Part shown: piece by piece, positions 40,278-51,409 of the stretch
How the letters are laid out: each line of letters opens with the position of its first letter
How positions within the stretch are numbered: the stretch's first letter is position 1
NCBI GenBank assembly: GCA_902787145.1
Contig: CADAEZ010000005.1
Span: 1,864-65,863, forward strand
Length of the DNA: 64,000 bases
Direction: 5' to 3'
Source of the DNA: an uncultured Ruminococcus sp.
Lineage (GTDB): Bacteria; Bacillota; Clostridia; Oscillospirales; Acutalibacteraceae
The notes under the pieces: generated by a model
The model's database searches: none
What the model was told of the DNA's origin: nothing
Seen by the model: only the letters and a program-made list of their open reading frames with translations
Made by a program: the position numbers and the translations under genes

Positions 40278-40550
40278 ATGGAAGAATACAACGTAAAATG
40301 CTCAAAATGCGGCTACATATTTTTTGACGACAGCGACAGCGGCGAATGCACCTGTCCCCTGTGTCAGGGTACTACCGGGCGAAAGGCTGCCGAAGAAGCG
40401 TATAAGGCGGTTGAGGAAAATTACTACAAAAAGAAAAAACGCTCCAACAAGCGAATCGCCGTTGATATGATTATACTCGGATTTTCGTTTGCGGCGTTTG
40501 TGCTTTTGATGTATTTTTTAGTCTCGCTGATAATCGCACTGGGCAGGTAA
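40278..40550 (+). CDS. Small Zn-ribbon membrane protein
   Basis: GGAGG RBS; CSKC..CPLC; C-terminal TM helix. Confidence 0.75.
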   Translation: MEEYNVKCSKCGYIFFDDSDSGECTCPLCQGTTGRKAAEEAYKAVEENYYKKKKRSNKRIAVDMIILGFSFAAFVLLMYFLVSLIIALGR

Positions 40551-40634
40551 TATACATTATGAATATATTGTACCTTTTCAAATAATAAGATATGTGTTAG
40601 AATAATCGTATCTTAAGAAAGGATATTATTTAAT

Positions 40635-41012
40635 ATGGCTTCAAATTTAGACAAAAAAATCAAGGAAATCGAGAATACACAGCTAAAGCCGGGCGAGCTG
40701 TTTATGTACGGTCACTGCGACAACGAGGGCGAGATCAACGCCGGTATATGCTGTGAGGAGGCTGACCTTGAGGCAATCGAGAGCACGCTGCAGTACATCA
40801 CAATGCAGACAGCAAGGGTACTCTATGATTCTAACCCCGAGCTCAGCAAGGAGGACATCACCGAAATCCTGTTTACAGACCTTTTCGGAAGCCTCAACCT
40901 CTTTATCCAGGAGCTTGACCACGGCAAGGACGAGGATGACGTAAGAAGCGAAGCAGCCGATTTGCTTACAGACTGCTTTGAGGAATTCGATTTTTACGGA
41001 GATTTTGAGTAA
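40635..41012 (+). CDS. Hypothetical acidic protein
   Basis: AAGGA RBS, codon usage like neighbours, followed by a terminator. Confidence 0.7.
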   Translation: MASNLDKKIKEIENTQLKPGELFMYGHCDNEGEINAGICCEEADLEAIESTLQYITMQTARVLYDSNPELSKEDITEILFTDLFGSLNLFIQELDHGKDEDDVRSEAADLLTDCFEEFDFYGDFE

Positions 41013-41054
41013 GAATACAAATCTTTTTTGCTCTATAGGAGTAAGTAAAAGAGT

Positions 41055-41122
41055 AAAAAACCGCCTTAGGGCGGTTTTTTTATTGAGAATTATAGAAAGG
41101 GTTGGCTTTCGCCAACCCTTTT
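41055..41122. terminator. Two terminators between convergent genes
   Basis: AAAAAACCGCC/GGCGGTTTTTT and AAAGGGTTGGC/GCCAACCCTTT stems. Confidence 0.8.
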
Positions 41123-41126
41123 ACCA

Positions 41127-44100
41127 TTATCCTTCGTAAATCGGAGACGCGGTCGGGTTTTTCTCGGGATCTACATCGTAGAATATGAGATTTACGCCGT
41201 CCTTGCCGTCGTCGATCAATACCCAGAGCTTGTTCTGGATAAAGCCCTTGCAGTCAGCCGACTGACCCTGGGTGTCGTTGTTGATGATTACGTTGTAGGA
41301 ATCATCAGATGTCTCAGCGTCGAACGAATAGGTGTACCAGCCGTTGCTGTCCTTTGCGGAGAGAGTATCTCCCGGCCACGCGTCGGTATAGGTGGAGCCG
41401 GAATCAGCGCCGTTCGCGTTGCCCCAGATATAGATGTTTGGAGTCCAGGTCTTGTCCTTGCTGTGCTTAACCTTTACGTCAACATATGTTGAGCCTTCCT
41501 TGTAGTAGAAGTTTACTGTGCGGTTGCCGTAAGGAACAACAACTGTATCGCCGTCAAAGTCCTTGGAGTCGACAGCGTATCCGAGAGCCTTGGCTGCTAC
41601 GGGGAGGTACTCCTCGCCTACTCTGCCTTCGTATACAACGGAATCCGCGATCTTTTCTCCGAGCACCTTGTCGATAAAGTTAACTGTAACTGTGCCTGTA
41701 CCTACGCTCATATCGGCGAGATACTTTCTGAGCATTGTAACGTCTGTGATAGAAACATAGCCGTCAAGGTTAACGTCGGCGAGCTTCTCCTGTTCGGGAG
41801 TCATCTTGACTTTCTTAACAAGAGCGCGCTGGATGAATGTACAATCCTTGATGTTAACTTTGTTGTCGCCGTTGATATCTCTCTTTACAGACACGGGAAC
41901 AAAGTATTTGAATCTGAGGGTTACGTTCTGATCCTCCTCGGTGAATACGCCGTCGAGGTCGCCGTCGTAATCCTTAAGCTCGTACTCGGCGCCGAGTGAA
42001 TCGGGCATCTGTACGGAATAATTGGATCCGATCTTGCCTGTGATCGTGTAGTTGTCGATAACTGTACCGGTTACGGAGTTTACCGCCTTAACGTTTACAG
42101 CGCCCATATCGGACTTGACGTTAACATCCTCGAAGCTCTTCTTGTCTACGAGTACCATCATGGAATGAGGAGGTATCACGAAGTCATTGTCGTTCTTCTC
42201 GGCAAGCTTCTTAACACCGGCCTGGGTGTTGTCGGCAATAACAATCCAATCCTTGTTGCTTTCCTCAAGAGTAAAGCTCTGAGTCTCTTCCTTGTTATTG
42301 GCGAGAACCACGAGCTTCTGCCACTCGCCCTCAGCCTGATTTGTCCATACAGCGGCGTAGCCGTTGGAAGATGTTACAGCGCCGTTGGCGTTGACTGTTC
42401 CGTTGATCGGATAGCTCTTGTATGTATAGCCCTCTCTCTTGTCCGCTCCGAGCGGTGAGAAGTTCTTTCTTATACGGTTCATTCCGGCGTAGTAGGATAC
42501 AACGTCGGCGTTTGTCTTAGCAAGCTCCCAGTCAATCATATTAAGATTCGGCGAGCTCTTGTAGCTGTTATGGTCGTTGTCCTTGGAACGGCACATTTCC
42601 TCTCCGGCGAGAGTAAAGGTAACGCCCTGTGACATATTGAGCATACCGCCGGCGAGCTTTGTCTCGGCTACGAGCAGAGGAGCGCGCTTGCGGAACGAGT
42701 CGTTCATACCATAGGAAGCAGCGAGTCTGTCCCAAAGAGTCTGGTTGTCGTGGCAGGAATCGTATGTAACTACCTGTGACTGAACCTTTGCGTTATAGTT
42801 AGTCGGCTTGCCCTGGGCGCAGGCGTCGATAGTCTTGAAGCTTCCGGCCTCCTGGAGCCAGCCCTTGGCTGTCTTCTGGAATACAGAGCCCTTGAATCCG
42901 TCGCGGATTTCGTCGCTGAAGAATCCGATACGTGTGTCGAGGCTTCCTGTAGCCTGCTGTTTAGCCTGACGGAAAGCAGTACCCTTGTATGTCTTGGCGG
43001 GATAGTTGCTTGTGCCGCCTGTCCAGCCTTCGCCCCACATAGAGATTCTGGGATCTACCTCGTCGAGAGCGGCGCGCACTTCGTTCATAGCCTCGCAATC
43101 ATGCAGAGCCATAAGGTCGAAACGGAAGCCGTCAACGTGGTACTCGTTTACCCAGTAGAGGCAGGACTCGATCATAAACTTCCTGAACATTCTTCTTTCG
43201 GAAGCTGTCTCGTTGCCGCAGCCTGAGCCGTCGGAGTAGGTGCCGTCCTTGTTCATTCTGTAGTAATAGTTAGGCACACAAGCCTCGAAGCAGGAGTCGG
43301 TCGAGAATGTGTGATTATATACAACGTCCATTACAACAGAGATACCGGCGTTATGGAGAGCCTGGATCATCTGCTTACATTCTTTGATTCTTACATTTCC
43401 GTCGTAGGGGTTCGAGGAATATGAGCCCTCGGGAACATTGTAGTTTACAGGGTCATATCCCCAGTTGAACTGAGAGTCGTTGCCGGCCTCGTCAACCGAG
43501 CCGTAGTCGTAGAATGGGTTTATCTGGACTGTGGTAACGCCGAGGTTCTTAAGATAGTCGATACATGTCGAAATCTTGCCCTCGTTGTTAAGAGTTGTGC
43601 CGTTCTCGGTAAACGCGAGGTACTTACCTCTGTTAGCGTCGGTAACTCCTGAGTTTTGGGCATAGGAGAAGTCCTTTACATGAACCTCCCAAACATAGGA
43701 ATCCGTTACTCTGTCGAGAAGAACGTGAGCGTCCTTGTCCCAGTTCTCGGGATCGGTGTCCTTAAAGTCGATAATCTGGGTACGCTTGCCGTTTACGCCG
43801 GTAGCGTAGGAGTAAACGTCCTGTGTTTCTTTCTGAGTAAACTTCTTACCTGTAACATTTTTCGCGGATACGGAATAAGTATAGAACTTATTCTTGAGAT
43901 CGCCGTCAAGCTTTAATGACCATACGCCTGTCTTGTCGTCGAATGTCATATTGGTTGTGCTGATTTTTTCGGCGCCTTCCTCGTTGTCACTTCCTGTAGT
44001 GTAAAGATTGAGCTTTACGTCCGAAGCGGTCGGAGCCCATACCTTGAATGTGGTGCCTTCCTTTGTATAGGTAGCACCGAGGTCTTCTCCGTCGTAGATA

Positions 44101-44246
44101 TACTTGTCGTCGAGTTCCTGTGAAGCCGCAGAATAATCTGTATCTGCTCCGGCGGACTTAACGGAAGTATCGGCAGCGCTTGCCATTACTACGGAAGAAG
44201 CTATCAACATAACAGAAAGTAATGCTGACAAAAGTTTCTTTGCCAT
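41127..44246 (-). CDS. Secreted type I pullulanase (GH13) with MucBP-like, dockerin and C-terminal starch-binding (CBM26-like) modules
   Basis: FKVWAP (CBM48), NWGYDP, MDVVYNH, DGFRFDLM, GEGW, CHDN; dockerin DINGDNKVNIKD..DVNLDGYVSITD; IYIW..WPG..GWY. Confidence 0.92.
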   Translation of the reverse strand: MAKKLLSALLSVMLIASSVVMASAADTSVKSAGADTDYSAASQELDDKYIYDGEDLGATYTKEGTTFKVWAPTASDVKLNLYTTGSDNEEGAEKISTTNMTFDDKTGVWSLKLDGDLKNKFYTYSVSAKNVTGKKFTQKETQDVYSYATGVNGKRTQIIDFKDTDPENWDKDAHVLLDRVTDSYVWEVHVKDFSYAQNSGVTDANRGKYLAFTENGTTLNNEGKISTCIDYLKNLGVTTVQINPFYDYGSVDEAGNDSQFNWGYDPVNYNVPEGSYSSNPYDGNVRIKECKQMIQALHNAGISVVMDVVYNHTFSTDSCFEACVPNYYYRMNKDGTYSDGSGCGNETASERRMFRKFMIESCLYWVNEYHVDGFRFDLMALHDCEAMNEVRAALDEVDPRISMWGEGWTGGTSNYPAKTYKGTAFRQAKQQATGSLDTRIGFFSDEIRDGFKGSVFQKTAKGWLQEAGSFKTIDACAQGKPTNYNAKVQSQVVTYDSCHDNQTLWDRLAASYGMNDSFRKRAPLLVAETKLAGGMLNMSQGVTFTLAGEEMCRSKDNDHNSYKSSPNLNMIDWELAKTNADVVSYYAGMNRIRKNFSPLGADKREGYTYKSYPINGTVNANGAVTSSNGYAAVWTNQAEGEWQKLVVLANNKEETQSFTLEESNKDWIVIADNTQAGVKKLAEKNDNDFVIPPHSMMVLVDKKSFEDVNVKSDMGAVNVKAVNSVTGTVIDNYTITGKIGSNYSVQMPDSLGAEYELKDYDGDLDGVFTEEDQNVTLRFKYFVPVSVKRDINGDNKVNIKDCTFIQRALVKKVKMTPEQEKLADVNLDGYVSITDVTMLRKYLADMSVGTGTVTVNFIDKVLGEKIADSVVYEGRVGEEYLPVAAKALGYAVDSKDFDGDTVVVPYGNRTVNFYYKEGSTYVDVKVKHSKDKTWTPNIYIWGNANGADSGSTYTDAWPGDTLSAKDSNGWYTYSFDAETSDDSYNVIINNDTQGQSADCKGFIQNKLWVLIDDGKDGVNLIFYDVDPEKNPTASPIYEG

Positions 44247-44300
44247 ATTTAATTCCTCCTTTTCCTTTTCAGGAATAATTTACTATTTTGACGGAAATTT

Positions 44301-47093
44301 CTACGAAATCTCCATTTTGGCCATAAGTTCTTTTTTTCTCTTTTTATAGACATAGATTATGAACGCCACTACCGCTGCGGCGAAAATAATCGCTACGAAC
44401 ACATAGATAAGCCCCTCCAGCGGAGATACCGGATCGTAGATATACAATACGTTCTGCTCGGAGATACTGTATTTTCCGCTTTTGTTCTCAGTCACCACGG
44501 AGAAGTTGTAATTTTCAAATTCAATCTCGCTGGTCGAGTATTCCGCGCCGGCGTCGCCGGTAAGGGTGTCGGTACCGAGAATCTTGCCCTCGGAGGACAT
44601 ATATATGATGTTAACTCTACAGGTAATATCCTCGATTGTCTTTTTGTTATAACGGTAGACTACCTTTTTATCCTTATTTCTAAAGGTACCGCAGCCGTTC
44701 TTCGGCAGCTTATCCATATTGAGGGTGTAGCCCTCTATTGTGGGGATCTCGAGGGTTTTGTAGGGCTGGCCGCTGCGATTGGTCATAACAGTGGAGTCGC
44801 CTATAATCTTATCGCTGACGTCGTCAACGCACTCAAAGGTAACGCTCGAATAGCTTCCGTCGTATTTTTCGCACTCAAAGTCACAGAATTTTGTATCCTC
44901 GGTAAAGCTTCCGTCGGTACCGGATTTCTTTACGATATTATAATCCATCTGCACCTCGGTAACGGGAGAAACGCTGTAGCTCTCGCCCTTTTTACCTGTC
45001 AGGACATAGCTCTTGAAGATCTCTCCCCTGTCCTTGTAGCTGACTACAACTCTGCAAGTATCCGTATTTTTGTTTACGGAATCGAACTTTTCCTTTTCAA
45101 CAAGTACGCAGGCGGATTTTTTGTCGAGCTTAACCTTGTCGCGGACATTCTCAAGATTCTTCATACCGGCAAATTCGGAGTTACACAGTCTTGCCCAGGT
45201 TCCGGGAACGCTGACCGCAGCCTCGCTGTCGGCTGAGTTGAAAATCACCGCGATTTTGCCGTAAGTTTCGTCATTAAGCGTATAGCCGAGCACTCCGTCG
45301 GGCACGTCGGAAATAAAAGTGATACTCTGAGCCGTAGCCGAAGTAGGATCACGGAAAGCCTTTATATTGTCGCGGATTTGGATAAAACCGCGGTAATAGT
45401 CGCTGACATCGCCGAAGGTATAGAGAGAATTCCAGTCGAGCGCGTTGCGTTTAAGTCCGGATTTATAGCTGTTCTCGTCGCCTTCCTTAGTGCGGCAGAA
45501 CTCCTCGCCCGCGAGTATAAAGGGGATTCCCTGGGATGTGTATGTAATCGCGCCGGCGAGCTTGTTCATAGCGACAAGGTCGTTGTGACGCGCGTGGAAG
45601 TCGGTGTCCTTATCCTTTTCAGTCAGCACAAGCTTATCCCACAGGGTAAGGTTGTCGTGGCAGGAGGCGTAGGTAACGGTCTGGGTAGGAGCCTTAGCCC
45701 AACCCATAGTGGAGTTGCACTGGCCGGTGATACCGGTTTTAAGGTCGGATTTTGAGCCGCCTGTCTGTATAAATCCCTTGGAGGTCGGGGTATTGTTGCC
45801 TTTTATCGCGTCTCTGTAGGTATCGTCAAATGCCGCGATACGGCTGTCCAGCATATTTACGTTATCCTGAGTGGCGAGCGCCGCGCCGTAGCCGACGCTT
45901 GTATTCAGGTTCCACGCCTCGCCGTACATAAGTAGCTTTTCTCCGCTTATAAGCCTGTCGAGAGAATAGCGCACGGTGTTCATAGTATTAACATCGTGTA
46001 GTCCCATAAGGTCAAAGCGGAAGCCGTCGATATGGTATTCCTGCGCCCAGTAGGTTACGGAATCGACGATATACTTGGAGAACATCTTGTGCTCGGAGGC
46101 GGTATCGTTGCCGCATCCGGAACCGTTGGAGTATGAGCCGTCCTGATTGATACGGTAATAATAGTTCGGCACGGTAAGGTTAAAGGCTGAGTCCTTCCAC
46201 TTCTGGGTATGATTATAGACAACGTCCATAATAACGCCTATACCGGCCTCGTGGAGTGACTGGATCATCTCCTTGCACTCTTTTATCCTGACCTGTCCGT
46301 GGTAGGGATCGGAGCTGTAGGAGCCCTCGGGACAGTTATAGTTTACGGGGTCATATCCCCAGTTGTATACGTTATCCTTGCCGCTTTTATCGGTCTCGTC
46401 GATTGAGCCGAAATCGTAGAAAGGATTGATATGGACATAGTTTACGCCAAGCTTTCTGAGGTAATCCACACAGGTGGACGGAGCTCCGCTGACGCTGTTG
46501 ACGGTGGTGCCGAGCTCGGTAAAGGCGAGGTATTTGCCTCTGTTTTCCCTGGTGACGCCGGATGACGGCGACGAAGAGAAATCGGCAATCTGAACCTCCC
46601 AGATTTTGGCGTCGGTCTGGTTATCGACAGTGACGTGGTGGTCGTTGTCCCAACCCTGGGGATTGGTGGATTCCAGATCGACAACCATACTGCGCGTGCC
46701 GTTGACGGAACATGCCTTTGCGTAAATGTCGTATGTCTCGAAAAACTCACCCTTGCGTTCAAAAACATAGGTGTAGTATTTGTTCTTTAAATCGCCCTTG
46801 ACCTTGGCGTGCCATACACCGGTGGGCTTGTTGAATTCGAGGTTAACCTCTTTGAAGTATGTTTTAGCGGTTCCGGATTTATAGAATCTTACCTTTACGT
46901 TCTCGCTGGTAGGAGCCCATACACGGAACACTGTAGCCTGTTTTGTATATATTGCGCCGAGCTGACCGGAATATGTCCTTTTATCGAGCTTGGCGGCATA
47001 GGCGTGATAGTCAAAAGCCGCGTTAGCCTGCGACAGCGGCGCGGCAAGAAGAACAATTAGAATTGCCAAAAGTAATAAGAAGGAGCGCTTCAT
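44301..47093 (-). CDS. Membrane-anchored type I pullulanase (GH13) with MucBP-like repeats
   Basis: Signal peptide, YNWGYDP, DGFRFDLM, GEAW, CHDN; C-terminal TM helix plus KKRKK. Confidence 0.92.
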   Translation of the reverse strand: MKRSFLLLLAILIVLLAAPLSQANAAFDYHAYAAKLDKRTYSGQLGAIYTKQATVFRVWAPTSENVKVRFYKSGTAKTYFKEVNLEFNKPTGVWHAKVKGDLKNKYYTYVFERKGEFFETYDIYAKACSVNGTRSMVVDLESTNPQGWDNDHHVTVDNQTDAKIWEVQIADFSSSPSSGVTRENRGKYLAFTELGTTVNSVSGAPSTCVDYLRKLGVNYVHINPFYDFGSIDETDKSGKDNVYNWGYDPVNYNCPEGSYSSDPYHGQVRIKECKEMIQSLHEAGIGVIMDVVYNHTQKWKDSAFNLTVPNYYYRINQDGSYSNGSGCGNDTASEHKMFSKYIVDSVTYWAQEYHIDGFRFDLMGLHDVNTMNTVRYSLDRLISGEKLLMYGEAWNLNTSVGYGAALATQDNVNMLDSRIAAFDDTYRDAIKGNNTPTSKGFIQTGGSKSDLKTGITGQCNSTMGWAKAPTQTVTYASCHDNLTLWDKLVLTEKDKDTDFHARHNDLVAMNKLAGAITYTSQGIPFILAGEEFCRTKEGDENSYKSGLKRNALDWNSLYTFGDVSDYYRGFIQIRDNIKAFRDPTSATAQSITFISDVPDGVLGYTLNDETYGKIAVIFNSADSEAAVSVPGTWARLCNSEFAGMKNLENVRDKVKLDKKSACVLVEKEKFDSVNKNTDTCRVVVSYKDRGEIFKSYVLTGKKGESYSVSPVTEVQMDYNIVKKSGTDGSFTEDTKFCDFECEKYDGSYSSVTFECVDDVSDKIIGDSTVMTNRSGQPYKTLEIPTIEGYTLNMDKLPKNGCGTFRNKDKKVVYRYNKKTIEDITCRVNIIYMSSEGKILGTDTLTGDAGAEYSTSEIEFENYNFSVVTENKSGKYSISEQNVLYIYDPVSPLEGLIYVFVAIIFAAAVVAFIIYVYKKRKKELMAKMEIS

Positions 47094-47279
47094 TCGATAT
47101 TGTCCCCCATTATCATAGTTCAAATAATATTTTATCAAAAAAACTTGTGTGTATATTTCTGATTCAGAATTATAATATGTAGAAAAATAGACCTGTTTTT
47201 AGTGCATTTTAACGGATAATCTTCACGGGGTCATAATCACGGCATAGAATATAGCGTAAATTACAATTGGAGGTAAACT

Positions 47280-47582
47280 ATGGAAACAGTGACATATACG
47301 GTAAGAAAAGGCAATACACTCTTTGGAATAGCGAACTTCTTCGGCACTACTGTCGAGAAAATCCTCAAATACAACAATATACAGGATCCCAATATGATAT
47401 ATGTGGGACAGGTACTGACGATTCCAGTTGACACCGAGGACGACTTTATTTATATCACAAGACCGGGAGACACACTGTGGTCAATAGCCCAGAGGTTCGG
47501 CACAACCGTAGACGAGCTCGCCAAAAAGAACGGAATGTGCAATCCCAATATGCTCTATCCGGGAACCAGACTGTATATTTAA
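47280..47582 (+). CDS. Two-LysM-domain peptidoglycan-binding protein, possibly spore-associated
   Basis: YTVRKGNTLFGIA..I..PN.IYVGQ.L.I twice; AC-N16-CATAGAAT sigmaK-like site at 47225-47250. Confidence 0.9.
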   Translation: METVTYTVRKGNTLFGIANFFGTTVEKILKYNNIQDPNMIYVGQVLTIPVDTEDDFIYITRPGDTLWSIAQRFGTTVDELAKKNGMCNPNMLYPGTRLYI

Positions 47583-47597
47583 CGCGAAGCTTTAAAC

Positions 47598-47795
47598 AAT
47601 TGAAAATTGATAATTGAAAATTGAAAATGAATGACGGGCAGATAGGTTCATCATATAAAAATGAACTTATCTGCCCGGAATAATTTATATGCAAGCTCCG
47701 CTTGCGGAGCATATTAATATGGTCGGGAAACAAAGCTTTCTCACAGAAGGCGCTGTCTTCCCGACCACAATTATCAATTATCCATTATCAATTAA
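47598..47795. repeat. Three-hairpin element bounded by inverted heptamer tandem repeats
   Basis: (AATTGAW)n at 47598-47632 and (CAATTAT)n at 47768-47795 enclosing three stems. Confidence 0.75.
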
Positions 47796-48871
47796 TCAAG
47801 GTAGTCCTTTAGTTTTTTGCTGCGTGAGGGGTGGCGGAGCTTGCGCAGAGCCTTTGCCTCGATCTGGCGGATACGCTCACGGGTTACCTTGAACTCTGTG
47901 CCGACCTCCTCAAGCGTACGGCTCTTGCCGTCCTCAAGTCCAAAGCGCAGCCTGAGCACCTTGGCCTCCCTTGGGGTAAGGGTTCTGAGTACCTCGTCGA
48001 GCTGCTCCTTGAGCAACGCGTGGGACGCCTCGTCGGCAGGAGCGGGAGTATCGCTGTCGGGGATGAAGTCGCCGAGGTGGCTGTCCTCCTCCTCGCCTAT
48101 CGGTGTTTCAAGGGATACCGGCTCCTGGGCAACCCTGACAATCTCCCTTACCTTTTCCACGGAAATATCGAGCTTCTCGGCTATTTCCTCGGACGAAGGC
48201 TCGTGGCCTTTTTCATGGAGGATCTGGGTGCTAACCTTCTTTACCTTGTTGATAGTTTCTACCATATGTACAGGGATACGGATAGTTCTTGCCTGGTCGG
48301 CGATAGCCCTGGTGATAGCCTGACGAATCCACCATGTGGCGTATGTAGAGAACTTAAAGCCCTTGGTGTAGTCGAATTTTTCGACAGCCTTTATAAGACC
48401 GAGGTTACCCTCCTGGATAAGGTCGAGGAACTGCATACCTCTGCCGAGATAACGCTTGGCGATACTTACAACGAGTCTGAGGTTAGCCTCGGACAGACGC
48501 TTTTTTGCCTGGATATCGCCCTCGGAAATCTTGATGGCCAGCTCAACCTCCTCCTCGGGAGAGAGCAGCGGAACACGTCCGATCTCCTTAAGATAAACCT
48601 TTACGGGGTCGTCGATCGAGGCTGTATCGCCCGAATCGGTGCCGTCCTTTTTTTCCTCAACAACGGTTATGTCGTCAAAGTTGATGTTCTCGATATCCTC
48701 GTTGATTTCGATACCCTGCTGTTCCAGAGCGTCGTACAGCTTTTCGAGCTCCTCCGGCTTAAATTCCATTTCGCCGAGGGCTTCCATAATATCGTCATTG
48801 GTAAGGCTGCCCTTTTGTTTACCGAGTTCGGTTAGTTCCTTTAAGATTGCTTTTTTGTCCTGCTGTCCCAT
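47792..48871 (-). CDS. rpoD: RNA polymerase primary sigma factor SigA
   Basis: [53 protein letters not shown]. Confidence 0.97.
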   Translation of the reverse strand: MGQQDKKAILKELTELGKQKGSLTNDDIMEALGEMEFKPEELEKLYDALEQQGIEINEDIENINFDDITVVEEKKDGTDSGDTASIDDPVKVYLKEIGRVPLLSPEEEVELAIKISEGDIQAKKRLSEANLRLVVSIAKRYLGRGMQFLDLIQEGNLGLIKAVEKFDYTKGFKFSTYATWWIRQAITRAIADQARTIRIPVHMVETINKVKKVSTQILHEKGHEPSSEEIAEKLDISVEKVREIVRVAQEPVSLETPIGEEEDSHLGDFIPDSDTPAPADEASHALLKEQLDEVLRTLTPREAKVLRLRFGLEDGKSRTLEEVGTEFKVTRERIRQIEAKALRKLRHPSRSKKLKDYLD

Positions 48872-48887
48872 ATTTCCTGTCCTTTCG

Positions 48888-50651
48888 TCATTTATGACTG
48901 TCCCTCAGCCTTTGCAGAGCCTCGGATATATCCTCGTTTGTCGCCTTGGACATATCCGCGGTCTTTAGCTTTAGGAACTCGTCGTTTATTACATCTATGT
49001 TTTCTCTTAGGGTATCGTCATTAGCCATCCGAGCGGTTTCGGAATTGGCTAAGCCGTATATCCTGGAGACTTCTTCCTGGGTAAAATCCGCCGACACCTC
49101 TGTAAGAGGATCGCAGTTATCTTTTATTCTTTTAGAGAAATATATAAAGAGCTTGCGGTAGAATTCCGTCTGGAACTTGCTCTCGTCGAGCTGTGACTCG
49201 ATAAACGATAGCCTGTCCGGATTCTTTATAAGATAAGCGAGCAGGCTTTCCTCGACAACCGTAACCCTGGGCTTTTTGTAGCGTTCGGGATTGAGCTTGT
49301 CGTTCCTGCCGCTGAGGTTCTTCTGCATTTCCCTAAAGACGGACTTGCGCTGATTGTAGTTTCTGCGCCTGAGGTATTTATCCATCTGCTGTTTAACCGC
49401 GTCGGGAGTAACCTCGCACTCCTTGCTGAGCTTTGATATGTATACGTCACGTTCGATTTCGTTGTCGAGAGCGGCGAGGATTTTTACCGCTTCCGTAAGG
49501 AAAGCGACCTTGTCCTCGGGCAAATCAAGGTTGTATTTTTTGCGAAGCTTTTGCAGCCGATACTCCATATCGTTGCCGCTTCTCTCTATAACATTCAGAA
49601 AGGCGTCGTGCCCCTCGCTGCCCTTGTTCCTGAGGAATTCGTCGGGATCCTTGCCCTGAGGGATCGAGATAACCTTTATCAACAACCCGGCACGCCGCAA
49701 AAGCTCAATCGCTCTGGAAGTGGCCTTCTGACCGGCTTCGTCGGAATCGTAACAGATTATAACCTCGTCGGCGTATCGCTTCATCAACAGCGCCTGCTCG
49801 GCTGTCAGCGCCGTGCCGAGTGTGGCGACAGCGTTTTGGAATCCGGCTTGGTTGACCGCGATCACATCCATATATCCCTCGCAGAGAATAAGGCTTTTCT
49901 CGCCGGAGTTCTTGGCGTTGTTAAGCGAAAAAAGGTTAGCGCTCTTCTTGAACACCGGAGTGTCGGAGGTGTTAAGATACTTGGGCTTTTGGTCGGTCAT
50001 TATCCTGCCGCCGAAGGCTATCACGTTGCCCCTGAGGTCGATTATCGGAAACATAACCCTGTCCCTGAAACGGTCATATATATTTCCGTTTTTGTTCTGC
50101 ACCGCAAGATTCGCGGCGATGAGCTCGCTGCTCTTGAATCCAAGCGAACGCAGATGGTCGCACAGGGAGTTGAAGCTCTCGTCGGCGTAGCCAAGACCGA
50201 AATGCCTTATTGTACGGTCGCTTAAGGCTCTGGAATGAAAATAATCGAGCCCGGCTCTGCCGGCGGAAGAACACAGCGTCTTGTAGAAATACCTGGCCGC
50301 CTCGCGGTTAGCCTCGTAGATACGCTTTTTAAGGGCGGACATACTGTCGTCATAGCCGTCCTCAGGCATATTAAGACCGCACCTTTGCGCCAAAAATTTT
50401 ACGGCGTCGATATAGTCGAGGTTCTCTATCTTCATAATAAAGGTGATTACGTCGCCGCCGACTCCGCATCCAAAACAGTAAAACGAACCGTTTTCGGTAT
50501 AAATATTGAAGGACGGAGTTTTTTCGCCGTGAAAAGGACAAAGCCCGACCATATTCCTGCCGCGTTTACGCAGGTTTACATAGGACGACGCGACATCGGT
50601 AATATCGTTGCGTTCTTTTATCTCGATAATAAAGCCCTCGGGCAAAGCCAT
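48888..50651 (-). CDS. dnaG: DNA primase
   Basis: [38 protein letters not shown]. Confidence 0.97.
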   Translation of the reverse strand: MALPEGFIIEIKERNDITDVASSYVNLRKRGRNMVGLCPFHGEKTPSFNIYTENGSFYCFGCGVGGDVITFIMKIENLDYIDAVKFLAQRCGLNMPEDGYDDSMSALKKRIYEANREAARYFYKTLCSSAGRAGLDYFHSRALSDRTIRHFGLGYADESFNSLCDHLRSLGFKSSELIAANLAVQNKNGNIYDRFRDRVMFPIIDLRGNVIAFGGRIMTDQKPKYLNTSDTPVFKKSANLFSLNNAKNSGEKSLILCEGYMDVIAVNQAGFQNAVATLGTALTAEQALLMKRYADEVIICYDSDEAGQKATSRAIELLRRAGLLIKVISIPQGKDPDEFLRNKGSEGHDAFLNVIERSGNDMEYRLQKLRKKYNLDLPEDKVAFLTEAVKILAALDNEIERDVYISKLSKECEVTPDAVKQQMDKYLRRRNYNQRKSVFREMQKNLSGRNDKLNPERYKKPRVTVVEESLLAYLIKNPDRLSFIESQLDESKFQTEFYRKLFIYFSKRIKDNCDPLTEVSADFTQEEVSRIYGLANSETARMANDDTLRENIDVINDEFLKLKTADMSKATNEDISEALQRLRDSHK

Positions 50652-50729
50652 ACCGCGTCCTCCGTTCCGTCTTAGTTTAAAGCGTGCTGTATATATATAC
50701 GATAAAAAATGATATATTCCTAAAATATT

Positions 50730-51359
50730 TTAATTTTCGAAGAATTTTTCTCCGGAAATTTCGGTTTTTATCTCGCCTGAGGTCACGTCGGCAAAAATTT
50801 TGTCCAGCGCGGCTACCTTTTCGCTCGGAATATGGAAGTTGATTTTCACATCATCCGCGTAGTTGACGCTGTCAACCGTACCGCCGTTGTCGATAATTAC
50901 GGTGTTGAGCTTGCCGTAGCGGTTATATGAGCAACGGATAAAGCACTCGGAGCAAAGCTCCATCGTAACGGGTCCGGCGGATTCGAGGGCAAGCTTGCAG
51001 CCCTGTGAATAAGCGCGCACAAGTCCGCCAGTGCCAAGCAGTATTCCTCCGAAGTAACGGGTAACCACAACCACAACATCAACTATCCCGCTTTTGGTTA
51101 TAACGTCGAGAATCGGCATACCCGCGGTACCGGACGGCTCGCCGTCGTCGCTGTAGCGTCGGATTTGGGAATCGCGCAGGCTGTAGGCATAGCAGTTGTG
51201 ACGAGCGTCCCAATGCTTTTTCTTGATCATATTGATAAAGTCGACGGCCTCCTGCTCGGTTGCTACAGGCTTGCAGTATCCGATAAACCGTGAGTGCTTT
51301 TCGACAAATTCGTCGTGATTTTCAGTTTTTACGGTTTTGTATGAAGTATCCATAGGCAT
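50730..51359 (-). CDS. YigZ/IMPACT family protein
   Basis: SRFIG, HNCYAY, DDGEPSGTAG.P, VTRYFGGILLG.GGL.RAY. Confidence 0.93.
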   Translation of the reverse strand: MPMDTSYKTVKTENHDEFVEKHSRFIGYCKPVATEQEAVDFINMIKKKHWDARHNCYAYSLRDSQIRRYSDDGEPSGTAGMPILDVITKSGIVDVVVVVTRYFGGILLGTGGLVRAYSQGCKLALESAGPVTMELCSECFIRCSYNRYGKLNTVIIDNGGTVDSVNYADDVKINFHIPSEKVAALDKIFADVTSGEIKTEISGEKFFEN

Positions 51360-51409
51360 TACCTTTGATGAAAACTTAAGGCTGTCGTAATACGACAGCC
51401 TTAAAAATC

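Noticed and set aside
47831-48835. 334-aa plus-strand ORF
   Set aside because: Antisense shadow of rpoD.
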